From positions 75,206,001 through 75,270,000 of the forward strand of contig CM060731.1 in the NCBI GenBank assembly GCA_030704615.1: a stretch of DNA of 64,000 bases. Reading direction: 5' to 3'. Numbering within the stretch: position 1 is the first letter of the stretch; the number at the start of each line of letters is the position of its first letter. The stretch is from Takakia lepidozioides. Taxonomy: Eukaryota > Plantae > Bryophyta. Made by a program: the position numbers and the translations under genes. The notes below the pieces were generated by a model. That model saw nothing but the letters and a program-made list of their open reading frames with translations. It ran no database searches and was not told the DNA's origin. Below are positions 13,740 through 26,015 of the stretch, in pieces.

Positions 13740-14365
13740 AGATCCGTAGTCATATATGGTAGTCATATATTTTGTCTTTGTGCCACATGTCACATCTCAA
13801 GTGCAACAGGTGTCCCGCTAATATCTCTCCATGTAGACATCCCTGTAGTCATATGAGCGAGTCATGTAGTCACCACGTGTGAAATCTGCCATAGCACACG
13901 TGTCTCGCTAGCGCCTCTTTATGTAGGCATCACTGTGCAGACATGTAGTCATATGGTCATGGCAAGAAGTCGTGACATGTCAAATTCGCAGTGGCGCACG
14001 TGTCCATCCGTCGCCTCTCCATGTAGGCATCACTTTGCAGACATATAGTCATATGATCCCCTGACGAATGCATGACGTGTCGCTTGCGCAGTGGCGCACG
14101 TGTCCTGCTGAAGCCTCTCCATATAGGCAGCGCTCAACAGACAATGTAGTCATATATTAGTCATATAGTTGTGACTGCAACCCTCTCTGCAGCAGGACTC
14201 CAGGTGCCACGCAAGCAGTCATGGATATGACTTGCAAAACGCAGTCCTAAAGACTAGTCGCTATGACAGGGCTTTTTTCACTACAGAGTGATGTAGTCAT
14301 GAACGCATATAAGACTGAAAAAATAGTCATATGTGAAGTCATAAAAACGCTCATCTGTTGTAGTG
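13740..14365. repeat. CACTA subterminal repeats and TIR
   Basis: Many TAGTCATA(T) copies plus three ~100-bp-period units (CTCTCCATGTAGGCATCACT..GCAGACAT.TAGTCATATG) at ~13915, 14015 and 14115. Confidence 0.8.
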
Positions 14366-14820
14366 ACACCATCAACGTGTACAAGGGGAACTGCATGAAA
14401 TGACAATTCGTAATTAGCAGGTGAACACGCACTAGCGTAGCTACGGCGTGAGCCCAACCCCGTGAGCCTGGGAGCTGAGCTCACGCTTCAGGGAAGCGTG
14501 AGCGGCACAAATCTGCTGGAGAAGCAGGTCCTATAGGCAAGGATTGCAGGAAGAGGGCCTATTACCGTGGACAAAACAAAGGGGGCCACCATGCACCATG
14601 TCTGCAATGCCTGCACAAAAAGAGGAATATGAAAATATGGCAGATTTGAGCTCAGAATGATTGACACACTTTATTTCAATTCACAGATAGACGCTTACAA
14701 TGAATGGCATGTGCATTTGCCCTGGTTCCGTGAACGAAATGTATGTGTTTGTCCTAAATGCAAAGTCTTCACACGGTAACTTGGAAACCAGCATGGGAAG
14801 CGGGCATGGCTCATATGTGT

Positions 14821-16990
14821 TCAAAGAGAATTTGGCGGAGCCCTACGTGAGGTGTCCCGCTGCAGAAGGGTGATGACTTCTCCGTAGCCTAGTGTGGCTT
14901 GGTGAATGAATTGGTCTCTCTTACTGTCGCAACACATAATTACAAGGTATATGTAATATTGATGCTTGCAGGGGACCCACTTCCCTCTCATGCCGAGAGC
15001 GCCCTCACGCATCGTTACAAAATCCGGACAAGTGCACGTAGGGAAATTCCCCACGGTAACCTGATATTCTTTGCCATGAAGAACTGAGCCAATAAACAAC
15101 ACTGTGTAAATCCGTCCATACCCCGGGGCAGGGACTTCGGTGATACGAGTCACCCGAGCCTGCAAAATTCTAGCCGATTCCATCTTGCAGTCGTGATCTG
15201 CACCCGAAGCGACACGACGCACTGTTTTTCCATCTCTTTTTGTTGGGTGGGAGTCGGCACTGGGTGGAGGCATTGCCGGAGCATGTGGCACATCTGTGCC
15301 GACAGTGCATGAGGGCACCACCCGGGACCGTGCAAGACAGAACCCTCCCTCCTCCAGCATGCTTATCTTGGTTGATGACAGCGACGTCCCAAGTTTCACA
15401 GGCCAAATTGCGGGGGGAGGGGGTTTCATTATCACCGAAGGACGAACTGTTCCCTTGACGCATCGTGCCATATTGTCTGGGCAGAACCAAAACTTGTGGT
15501 CCTTTGACTCCCCACTATGATAAGGTCGGAACAACCCTGTGAATGTTGGAGCTGGAGTCCCCCTGGAGCCTTTGCATTTTTTTATTTGCATTTCTTGAAA
15601 GAGGGGGTCCGAATTGCCATCCATGCCACTCTAGATCCTGGTGGGGTGCGTTCTATATGCCACTCACTATCAATGCAATCAGATTCATGCACCATGGCCA
15701 CCACCTCCTCCAATGGGATTCTTGCTGCTGTGTTTGCATGATCTGCACCTGCTCCACTGGAGGAGGACCCACCTGGGAAAGGGCGGGCACACGACTTAGT
15801 CTGCACTGGAGACACCTTTGGTACAGAGAAATTGACCCTGTCCGGCCGATTCTCCATCCGACCCCGGAGGAGTGTTCAATTTCCTTTTGCATGATCCAAA
15901 TCTTTCCTCGCCTTCCAAATGGGGGACCCTGGATTGCAAAGGGAGCCTCCAGTGCACCTGTTCAGAGCTCTGGCCATCTTCGATGGGTCTCCGGACCTAC
16001 TCGCAGCCCTTAGCATCAACAAAGTCGTATCAGGGCCCTTGCCTCCGCCCTGTCCCATCAGAAAATTGCTGTAGCTGGATTGTTGTGTAAGTGCCCGCAC
16101 CATGTCATCAGCAGTGGCCACATACAAGTCACGTCCTACTTTGGTAGACTACTGCATCCAGGCGTTGTGAACAGTCTCTGCCAAATTACAGGATGGCATG
16201 TCGGCCAAGTCCTCCAAGGACATGTCCTGCAGGAGGCATTGCATGGAAATGTGAGGAATGAAAGGAAATGGAAGAGGTTCTGCAAGTGACAATCCAACAA
16301 CCCCAAACGAACAGGCACGATGCAAAGTTAAATTTGTGTTTCTGGGATTGAAGAGGCTTACCGTCGTCATGAAAGCTCCCCACTGTCTGTACCTGAAATG
16401 CCAGAAAACCAACCAGTCCTCCAACTCCTTCAGGTGGATACCAGTAGCAGCACCAGAGGAGAACCACCAAGCCCGGATTGCTTGGTAAGTGCTCTCAACT
16501 TCTCCCATTGAGGTGGCATTTTTGTACTTGAGGCAGAGCCTTCTGTGTTCCAACTGAAGGTCAGGGCGAATGCAGCGCTTTGTATGACGTGCCAGAGATT
16601 GACTCCAATGGAAGAGGCATGTGCGCTCCCTATTTTCCATTGGGACCTTAGGATCCCCCGAACCAAACATGCACCGCACTGCATTGAAATTTGCCTGTGC
16701 ACTATCAGCCATGAAGCCCGCAAAATTTGTGTTTTGTATTCCATTGCGCTGCATGACGGCCAGGAGTGAATTCCACTGAGCATCTGGGATTCGGTGTCCT
16801 CCGACTGCATATCACAAATTGCTATGGAGAGCACACGCTGGTACACTGGATCGTACACATGGCACGCCATGGTTGTCCAACCCTTCACCCATTTGCAGTG
16901 ATCAAACATTAACCAACATTTAGCCAAATCTCCTCCAGGTTGCATTCGGCGGACTATGCTACACCATTGCCTTCGCCCACTGTGGACAGC
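14821..16990 (-). pseudogene. Mutator-like (MULE) DDE transposase with C-terminal SWIM finger, 5'-truncated
   Basis: WLMFDH, FMADSAQANFNAV, CLFHWSQS (CxxH), SCNLAETVHNAW; SWIM TCTCPDF...PCKHQYY. Probable intron at ~16241-16361. Confidence 0.85.
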
Positions 16991-16994
16991 CCCC

Positions 16995-17550
16995 CTTGTC
17001 ATTGTTTTTTTCATTTGGAAATCGTCCACACATGGGCCACTGTTTGTGCCCCCTTCACTGCCTGTTTTTTGATGTAAAAATCGTCAGAATAGGGCCATTA
17101 TGCCATGTTCGAACCACCCCTAATTGGAAACTCAAATGTTTTGGGCCCCATCTCTGCTTGTTTTTTGATGTGAAATTGGGCGAAACACGGCCAGTATGGA
17201 TGCTCAAAACACCTATAGTTGGAAGAACGAACAGTGTGTGGCCTCCTCTCTGCATGTTTTTTTATGTGGAAATGTGCCACATAGGGCCTAATGTCATGTT
17301 GAAAACACCCCTACTTGGAAGCTCAAGCAGTGTGCAGCAACGCACACTGTCTGTTCCCCACTCTCTGCCTGATTTTAGATTTGAAAATAGACCACTCATG
17401 GCCAGTGTGCCATGTTCAAATCACCCATCATTGGAAGCTCAAACAGTGTGCGGCAACGCACACTGTTTTTGGCCCGCACAATGCTTGTTTTCTCATGTAA
17501 AATTGGGCCACATCGGGCCTACCTGCCATGCTCAAAACACCATCTGTTCT
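16995..17550. repeat. Degenerate ~95-115-bp tandem repeat (5-6 units)
   Basis: Recurring CACTGT...TGTTTTTTGATGT.AAA...GGGCC...CCATG.T.AAA.CACC...TTGGAAGCTCAA blocks. Lies just upstream of the acceptor at 17590. Confidence 0.7.
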
Positions 17551-17590
17551 TGCCTCTCTTTTATATCAGTTTGAATGAATAACCGTGTAG

Positions 17591-20500
17591 GAGAAGATGC
17601 AAATGGTGGCGGATGAGAGCCCTTTGGGGGAGGGGAAGGAGATCATTGCTGATGTGGACGATGAGTTCTATGAAAGCAAAGCCGCTGAGATGTTGGGGGG
17701 GCAGAAGGTAAACTCTCAGCTTGTGGTGCAAAGTATGCTTGCCCCGGGTGGGAGGTTGAAGATCCCCCTGTGTAGGTTGGTTTCCATGCCCGTCGTTCGT
17801 CCACCCCTCATCAAGGACATCCTGAAGCTGGAGGCCGAGTTTGTTCATGGGTATTTGGATGGATCCGCAATCTTTTACGTTTCTACAAAGGATTCCAGAG
17901 GCAATAAGCTCCTTGTGGATGAGTCAATCGTGGACTCCTGGGATCCCATTTGGAGACAGGTGATCGAATCCTTTGAACTTCTTCTCTCCAGCATCTGCAA
18001 TGTCTTGCTGCAAGGGAATGCACGAGAGTTGAATCAACCCAAGGGCAAGGGAAACAAACAGAAACAAACATGTGGAAGCAGGAATATCGAAAGGCCAGAT
18101 GGTGGAAGATGTATCTCACCGCGTACATATACTCCATGAAAGCCTCACGGGTCAACGAGTACCACGTTTCTGATGTCTTGGAGCTTTCACACTTCTTGTA
18201 CGTCTCTGCTGAAAGGATGGTCTTGAAGTTGGTCAAGGGCATCTGCCCGATCCTTTGTATTCTGTATAGTGTGTGAACCAGACTCGTTTTGACATGCGAT
18301 GTCTCCGTCCCTCTGCAGAATGATATGTGAAAGTCAGAATGAAAATGAAGAACCGTCAACAGAGGACTGGAACAAAGGAACCACGGAACCACAACTAGAA
18401 CATGTAGAATGAGAAACCAACCTGTTCACATCATTCATTGCCGTCAGAAGACCCATCATGTTCCCGTCACAATCCAGCACCATCGATCAAACAGAGTAAT
18501 GCCACTTTTCCTCCTGTGAGTGCAGCCTCCCAATGACAGCCATCCATGCAAGCAACCGGTGGTTGCCATCCCATACGTGAAACATCTTCCTTGAGAATGC
18601 CGTGGCAAACTGGAATACTACAGCTCTACCCCTGAGGAGAGAAAGACAACAAAGGGGGTTGAGAGTCACATCAAGAAAGAGAGAAGGACTATTATGAGTG
18701 CTTTTGTTAAGCAGTTGAGAATTGCCGACCCATCATTCGGATCGCAGTTTCTTCTGGAGGTGAAAAACCATTACAACAAGCCAGGCAAGCCAGAGATGGC
18801 CTAGGAGAAGTTACACAAGTTGTCTACCGCCGTTGTGTCTTCAGAACAGAAGGTGAAGTGGCTACAGATATGGAACTCCGATCCCACTGTTAGGGATACC
18901 CACATGTTCCCCAGGCCGGAGAAAGAGAAGAAGACCTAGCGTGTCATTCCTTTCAGTGACAATGTCCTGGACACATGGCTTCACAAGGCCACTTACTGGA
19001 GCCAGGTATGATGTCCTTTGTTGTGTCACTTTCTTTTCGCTTTTTCTGTCCTTCTCTTTCCATTGGTTGTTACATTGGCTGTGATTGTTTTTTGGTTCAT
19101 TCTTGCATTTGAATTGTTTTGCAGTTGGAAGAAAGGGCCCGGTCGGTTCTACATACTCAGCTGGCTGACTATGGCATCACCATGACAGCACCGAAGGTCT
19201 CCTTCCAAGCATACATGAGGAAATGGAGAGCCACAGTGTGGCAATCTTGTTTCTTTAGAGAGTTCAGCAAGGAGGGTGGCATCAGTCGAACAAATGAGCT
19301 TGACCAGCAAGAGAAAGGAGAGGAAGCCTGGAAACGATGCCTTTACAGGTGCGAAATGGACTGTGCTTCTTTGTTTTGCAACTACACACTCTCCTCCATC
19401 CAACGTGTTTTGGGCTGCCTCATATGAGTTTCTGTTGCCGCACACTCATTTGTCTATCCCTGTGTAGTAACACCAAGGTGCACACCCTGGGCCCTTCAGG
19501 CTACTTTGTGTGCGGTGGTTGCATACTGTTTTAGGGGGTCTTCCTGGTGTGATGGAAAAGCTGAGAGACAATAATTGCATTGCATAATGAGGCTGTCTCT
19601 GTTCGTGCAGGTACATAAAGTTTGTTCTCATGGAAGAGAACTGCTTGGACAAACATCCTGATTTCTTGGACCTTTGGCTTGTCCCTGCTGGCAACCAGAC
19701 CATGTTTACTACTGGGATCTTGCATGATTGGGGCCCAGACCATCTTTCTGCTTGTGGTTGGTATTTGGATTGCCCTCCTTCAGAAACCCCAGCTCAGGAG
19801 GTGTCTTTGAGGAGAGAGAATGACCGTATAGCAGCCACCGCCGCAGCAGCCGACCTCGACATTCATGATAGAAATTTGAGGACTCTTGCAGAGAAGGAGC
19901 CTCCCGCTCAAGATACCCCGGGTAGAGGTAGAAAGGCAAAGGGAAAAGATGTGGCTGGTGGTGTGGGGAAAGGAAGGGGTAGGGGGAAGGGGGTACAAGG
20001 GCAGGTAGGTGGGCAGGGAAGTATTGCAGATACTGGCCCTGTGAAGCATGTCCAGCAGACTCCACCGCATGGTAGGGGATCCGGGAGAAAGAACAAGGGG
20101 GTGGTTGATCCCAAGGACGCGTACCATGCAGTGGAGCATCCCACGAGGGTCATTCGCCCTACCAAGTTGGAGATGGCCAACGTCGGGTTCCTTGCCATGA
20201 TGGAGTCCAAGAAATCTGATTACAAGGGCGAGCCATCTCCAGTGTGGGAGAGGATTGTGGAGTTCCTCGGCACGGTGCGTGTTGTCTTTTGCTTCTTGTC
20301 TGTTGTGGGCATGGATCGTTTCAATCCTCTTGAGCATTCCATTGTATTCTTGTTTGCAGGCTAAAATGACCAAATCCTGGATGAACGGGAAGGAGAAGCC
20401 ATATGTAGCCGAACTCATCATCTTGGACATCCCTGATGGGTTGCCAGTCCCGGATGTCCCTCCATCGGGTGCTTGCCCAGGTTGGAATGCTTTTGATGAG

Positions 20501-21801
20501 CGCTACTGGCGGTGGGTTTTCTCATTTTGCAATTTCTTTCTATCCGATGCAGGTGTTTTGGCGCTCATCCAGTCCATCGACCTTCGCTGTCGCCGTGCAC
20601 TTGCAAGCTATTTGAAAGCCTCCGGTATGAGGGTCGTGAAGACATGGAATTGTGTGAACAGCATGTACCTAACGAAGGGGGATCGTCCGGGAGAGATGGT
20701 AAATCTGCCTTCTTGTTCCTCTTCTTGGTGGTTATCGGATGGAGTTGCATAGGTTGCTCAAACTCATATGTAGGGGCTTGGTTTTGAAGCTTCTTAGTTC
20801 CTTGTGGATGTCCTGTTTGTAGACTCATTTGTTTGAAGCTGTTTGTCTCGTCCGAGTGCATCCACCTACGACTCCGGCCGTCATTAGGGAGTTCGCCATC
20901 ACTCATGGGGCCAAGTTCATAGACGAGAGGACAGATCCTCCCACGGATGACATGCACCACAACTACGTCGACAACAACGTGTGCTTGTGAAGAGGGAATG
21001 GGGTTCCTTGGAGAGGGCGAGGGAGAGGAGCCCGGCTTTCATTCAAACGATTGTGGAGTGCTGCACCTACACAGATGCCAAAGTTCTGGATTTGTCAATG
21101 GGCACAGGTTCGTCTCTTCAACATTCACATTTCATGAGGTTTGTTTGAGCTTGCACTTTCAGCACTTCCCACCGTTCCAAATGTGTCTTCAATATCTGTT
21201 TCCTTCATTCTGTTCCACTGCAGGTGCTTCGTACCATGCTTGCAAGGCCAGTGCGCGACATCTCTTTGGGATTGAAGGGGATGCCGAGATTTACAAGAAC
21301 CTCCTGATGGGTTTGGGTGGACAGACTTCTCAAGTCCTTCCGAAGCCCCTTCCCGGTGATATTGATACAGGGGAGACTTCCGACAAGGAGCTGGACTCCG
21401 ACTTTGCCTATGAGTAAGTTCAACCTGTGGATGCTTGCATTGTTTTTTCAATATCCAGAATCACTGTTCTTGAGGCAAAGTGCACATGGGAGACATCCTC
21501 TTCGTTGGACTTGTGCATTGCATCATTGTGTTCAAAATGGGTTTTTGTCGACTTGTGCAGGAGTCCGCGTGCTTCCACTTACCCTCCAGGACTATCACAC
21601 CTATTTGGACTTCTTTCAAGTCCTCCTCGATCTTACGTGCTATCTGTCTATGCGGAGGCACTCGCAGCAAGCATGTCCATTCATGGCACTCGCAGTCCAC
21701 CCATCAACGGCCGTGGTGGAAGACGTGGTGTTGGGGCCAGAATCTTTGTGGATGACATAGCACAGGAGGTCGAGACTGATTCTGATGACTGTGACACTTG
21801 A
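17591..21801 (+). pseudogene. Spliced gene: ParB/Srx-like N-terminal domain plus beta-class amino (N4-C/N6-A) DNA methyltransferase
   Basis: KIPLCRLVSMPVVRP... and FHVWDGNHRLLAW (in an inverted block, 18556-18570). Motif IV-like ELIILDIPDG (~20411-20440) and FLSDAGVL. After repairing a frameshift and removing the 21108-21223 GT-AG intron: RSPAFIQTIVECCTYTDAKVLDLSMGTG|ASYHACKASARHLFGIEGDAEIY. Other GT-AG introns near 19006-19124, 19350-19610, 20275-20359, 20699-20822 and 21414-21560. Confidence 0.8.
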
Positions 21802-22252
21802 TATGAAGTTTTCTTTTGCTTTCATTCGGGGCCAAATTTGAAATGGGATGGTTGTGTGTCCTTGTTGTCCTGTTTGCAATGTGTGCGTGGGATGCAAATT
21901 CATGGGAACAAACTATTGTTGGAGATGGGGGTTGCATGAACTGCCCGGATTGTTCCTTCAATCTATTTAGTGTTTTACGGACCTCACAGGCTTGAGTGCA
22001 TTGCAAAAACAAACAAACGACTTTGGTTCGTATAGAGCATTCTCGCATCATTTGCTCGTTGGTCTCCAAACCATTCCTGCTAGAAGAATGCTTGGTAAAT
22101 CCATCACGGTGACGTCCACGTGATCAAAGAGCGTTCAGGCATTCTCAAATCTGGTGAGCATCCATGATGCTCCCACACATACCTGGCATGTTTGCAAGGG
22201 TGGTGAGTAAGAAAAGATTTCGCAGGGATCCGCTTTGGATGATGTCAGTGTG

Positions 22253-22448
22253 CACCTCCTCACGACGTACCCACGACCACCCCCACCGCAACCCGGTGTG
22301 CGGGGCTCCACCTAGTGAGCGCCTCTGCCTCCTTGAGTGCCTTGGGCACTCAAGGGTGCTTCAGCCCCCCGTACCTATTGCTGCCACCGCCCCCACCATA
22401 AGGGCAGCTCCTCTGCGTCCCGACCCCCTACCCTCAAGGGCCGCGACA
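22253..22448 (-). repeat. Inverted 5' fragment of the chromovirus LTR
   Basis: Reverse complement starts TGTCGCGGCCC and matches the first ~180 bp of the LTRs at 25238 and 38639. Confidence 0.9.
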
Positions 22449-22449
22449 G

Positions 22450-22625
22450 ACTCGGTCTTCTTCTACCAGGAGGAATCATTGGCACCCACATTTCAACATT
22501 TTGATGGAGATTTGACCTTCACCATTGGGATTCAAGACTCCTTGGCAATGGCAGAAGATGTTGGACTTGGGCCATGCGCCCATCGTAGCTTGCGATGCTA
22601 CATTTGGAACTAACCATCACAAGGT
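22450..22625 (+). pseudogene. Fragment of a different MULE/SWIM-family transposase
   Basis: VFFYQEE...FTIGIQ/TPWQWQKMLDLGHAPIVACDATFGTNHHK resembles the GIQTxWQ...DxTFGTN block of plant MULE-derived SWIM proteins. Confidence 0.65.
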
Positions 22626-22844
22626 CTGCCGTGGACCCTCTCCACGGGCTTCTGCTAGCATGATGCATACTACAATGGTCTCCCACTCCTGTGGTGCATT
22701 GCTTTTTTGTCCTCAATCCCGATGGACCTAACTGTGGTAGACCATGTCCCAGTATACCCTGTTCGAGTAGACCTTCCACTGCACTCTGTTTTAGGGCAGA
22801 CCCTTTTGCGTGTTCACCCTGTTACAGTAGACCCTGTGCGTGTT

Positions 22845-22920
22845 GGGGGGTGCTATTCCGTGAGCTCGTAGGCGTGAGCCTGTGAGCCCAGGAAACCGTG
22901 AGCCCAGCACAGGCTCACGC
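22845..22920. repeat. Putative DNA-transposon terminus GGGGGGTGCTATTCCGTGAGCTC with GTGAGC subterminal motifs
   Basis: Near-identical start at 42489 (GGGGGTTGCTATTCCATGAGCTC). GTGAGC clusters also occur at 14445-14505. Confidence 0.65.
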
Positions 22921-23678
22921 CACGTCAGCATGCATACAAGGCCTATTTCCGCGGGTGTCACCTATTACCGCGGGTTGATCAGCCATTTCCCGGGAATGCA
23001 GATTGGATGTGTTACATCCATTGTATCCATCCTTTCTATCCATTGCATCCATCCAGACGTTATCAACATACCAAGCCCCTGCATTGGTGGTGGTAGCTTA
23101 GTGGGACTTAGTGGGGGTGGCATAGGACTCACCATGGGGGCGGAGACCTTGTGGTGGGAGTCGTGGGGAGTCTTGGGACTCATCACAGTCCAATGGGACC
23201 GTGGTGGGTGGGCCAAGTCTCACTGCGACTCATCACCGGGAGTCGAGGGTTTTCGTGGTGGTTCGCCATAAAATGGCATGGTTGTTTGTGAAACCCCCGC
23301 GGACAGTCACAGAAGTATATATAGGGAGTAGTAACCCCGAGAACGGTGCAAGCCCGTTGGTGTCCAAAAACTAGTGAGCAAGCGAACGAGCCGGAAAGCG
23401 ACCAAGGAGTGGGGAGCTATTCCAGACTGCCATCCACTAAAGGGAATTTCCACTAGGCCCAAATTGGTGGAGGGTTTCTGGGAAGAGTAAAGGGGGACCG
23501 TTATGTCCCCGTGAGCAGCCGAAGCGACGAGTTGGCCCGGCGGCCAGGTTGGGAGTTAGGCGCGCGCATCGAAGCGAGTAACTATGACTTGAAGGGGAGC
23601 TTACCGAAGTGTGGTGCGCAACACTTGGTATCACAACTTAGAGTTCAGTACGCGATCATCCTTGGGATCGGCCTCATC

Positions 23679-25237
23679 ATGGGGACGGGCAAGCCAAAGC
23701 GAAAGCGGAACGGCCCGAAAGGTGATGATCTTGGTGAGCACGATGGGGGCGACGTGTCACCAAAGCGGCCATTTGAGGAAGCGATGCATGCTTTTGAAAA
23801 CGAGGCCACTCAAGAACGGGAGGAATCTGAGGAGTCGGAGCCCGAGGAATCCCTGAGAGATCCAACAGACCAACCGATGCCTCCCATGCCAGCAGCCTTT
23901 TGGGAAGGGTTGTTGGCGCAGTTTGGAGGGACGTTGAAAGACGTGTTGAAGGCGGCTAATGCCACTTCCACTAAGGCAAAGTTTAAGGTGAAGCCTAAGG
24001 AACCCGGCACCTTCGAGGGCGTCCGAAATTGGAAGGCACTCAACACTTGGCTCTTGGAGCTAGAGCAGTACTTCCGGGCGGCCAAATTGAGTGACGAGGA
24101 TCGGGTGGAAGTGGCTCTCACCTACTTGAGGGGCTATGCCCAACAATGGTGGCAGAAACGCCTTCACGACCAAGGTCCAAACCCGGAAACCTTGCATTAG
24201 AGTGGGTTCAAGGAACTTATGAAAAGACAGTTTGTTCCCCTCAACGCGTCCTGGCTTCGCCCGGGACAAGATAAGGAGTTTGAAGCAAACGGATGATATT
24301 CGGGGATATGTTCAGGCTTTCAATGTGCTGTTGCTCGAAGTCGCGGATATGACAGAACCAGAAATGGTCTTCAACTTTGTGGCGGGACTGGCCCCATGGG
24401 CCAGGCGGAAGTTGGAGGAAAAACCACCTAAGACTTTGAACGAGGCAGTTGGAAGGGCTAAATGTTTCTCAGATGTCCCTAGGGGCGAAAGACAAGGCCG
24501 TACGGAGCTGAACCACAAGAAAACCCGGCAGAAGGGTGACTCTTTTCGGCCGGAAAAGAAGTGGGATAAGCCACGCGGCGACAACAGCACATGGAAATCG
24601 AAGGGAGGGCCTTCACACGTCAAGGTGGCACCCGGTGCTCCGAAAGGAAAATCAGGTGCGGCGGCTTATGGCGGACAGAAGGCGACCTTCGATGGAGTGT
24701 GTTTTAATTGCGGGGAGCCCGGGTACATGGCTAAGAAGTGCGTGAAACCCCAACAATTGAACATGACTCGGGCTTCCACGGAGTTGTCTGAAGAGTCCCT
24801 CAGCCGCTTGGTGGAGGCGGTGGTCGCCAAGACTTGCAAGGTAGATAACTACTCTTGTGAGTTGTATCAGGAAACTGGCGCCTTGCGTAAAGGGAGTCAG
24901 TTAATGTTCGTTAGTGGGATAATCTCCGGAACTAACGTGTCATTGTTGGTGGACACAGAAGCGTCGCACTCCTTCATGATACCGGCAATGGCACGGAAGC
25001 TGGGGCACCCGACAAGTGATGTGGGGGCCTCCATTGAAGGGCGTTACGCCAAAGGAGAACCATAACGGGCAACGAGGTTGGCGTTCGATGTTCCTTCGCA
25101 ACTGGGAAGTTGGGAGGCACGAGAGAACTTCACCATTTGCGAGATCGATGGAGTGGATCTCATTTTGGGGATGACCTTTCTGAGCAAGTCCGGAGCGGTC
25201 ATAGATGGCTGTAAGAAAATAGTCACGCTACCGTGTG
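23679..25237 (+). pseudogene. gag: gag-protease of the outer chromovirus
   Basis: ORFs 23511-24200, 24232-25065 and 25078-25314, with retrotransposon gag, zinc knuckle and DLILGMTFL protease motif. Confidence 0.9.
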
Positions 25238-25960
25238 TGTCGCGGCCCTTTGCCTTGAGGGCAGGGGGGACACGAGAGGGGCTGCCCCTGTGGTGGGGGC
25301 AGTGGCGACAATAGATGCAGGGGCTGAAGCACCCTTGAGTGCCCAAGGCACTCAAGGAGGCGGAGGCGCTCACTAGGTGGAGCCCCGCACACCGGGTTGC
25401 GGTGGGGGTGGTTCCACGAGGGGTGGTGGTAGCTTAGTGGGACTTAGTGGGGGTGGCATAGGACTCACCGTGGGGGCGGAGACCTTGTCAGTGGGAGTCG
25501 TGGGGAGTCTTGGGACTCACCACGGTCCAATGGGACCGTGGTGGGTGGGCCAAGACTCACTGCGACTCAGCACCGGGAGTCGCGGGTTTTCGTGGTGGTT
25601 CGCCATAAAATGGCATGGTTGTTTGTGAAACCCCCGCGGACAGTCACAGAAGTATATATAGGGAGTAGTAACCCCGAGAACGGTGCAAGCCCGTTGGTGT
25701 CCAAAAACTAGTGAGCAAGCGAGCGAGCCAGAAAACGACCAAGGAGTGGGGAGCTATTCCGGACTGCCATCCACCAAAGGGAATTTCCACTAGGCCCAAA
25801 TTGGTGGAGGGTTTCTGGGAAGAGTAAAGGGGGACCGTTATGTCCCGGTGAGCAGCCAAAGCTCCAAGTTGGCCCGGCGGTCAGGTTGGGAGTTAGGCGT
25901 GCGCATCGAAGCGAGTAACTATGACTTGAAGGGGAGCTTACCGAAGTGAGGTGCGCGACA
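25238..25960 (+). repeat. 5' LTR of the inner chromovirus
   Basis: Near-identical to 38639-39364; TG...CA ends; followed by the iMet PBS. Confidence 0.95.
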
Positions 25961-26015
25961 CTTGGTATCAGAGCTTAGAGTTCAGTACGCGATCATCCTT
26001 GAGATCGGCCTCATC

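Larger units (their letters stand above)
8079..14365 (+). mobile_element. CACTA (En/Spm) element, apparently non-autonomous; left end interrupted by the Gypsy
   Basis: Right terminus ...CTGTTGTAGTG (reverse complement CACTACAACAG) ends at 14365. Dense TAGTCAT/ATGAC subterminal motifs at 13740-14340 and 8160-8340. Internal TnpA-like exons; no TnpD transposase seen. Confidence 0.85.

Noticed and set aside
17591-21801. Bacterial or phage contamination as the source of the ParB-methylase
   Set aside because: The gene has several GT-AG introns, one splitting motif I, and is embedded among plant transposons.
22735-22840. Four G(T/C)AGACC motifs as a regulatory array
   Set aside because: Short and irregularly spaced; cannot be distinguished from remnants of another transposon end.
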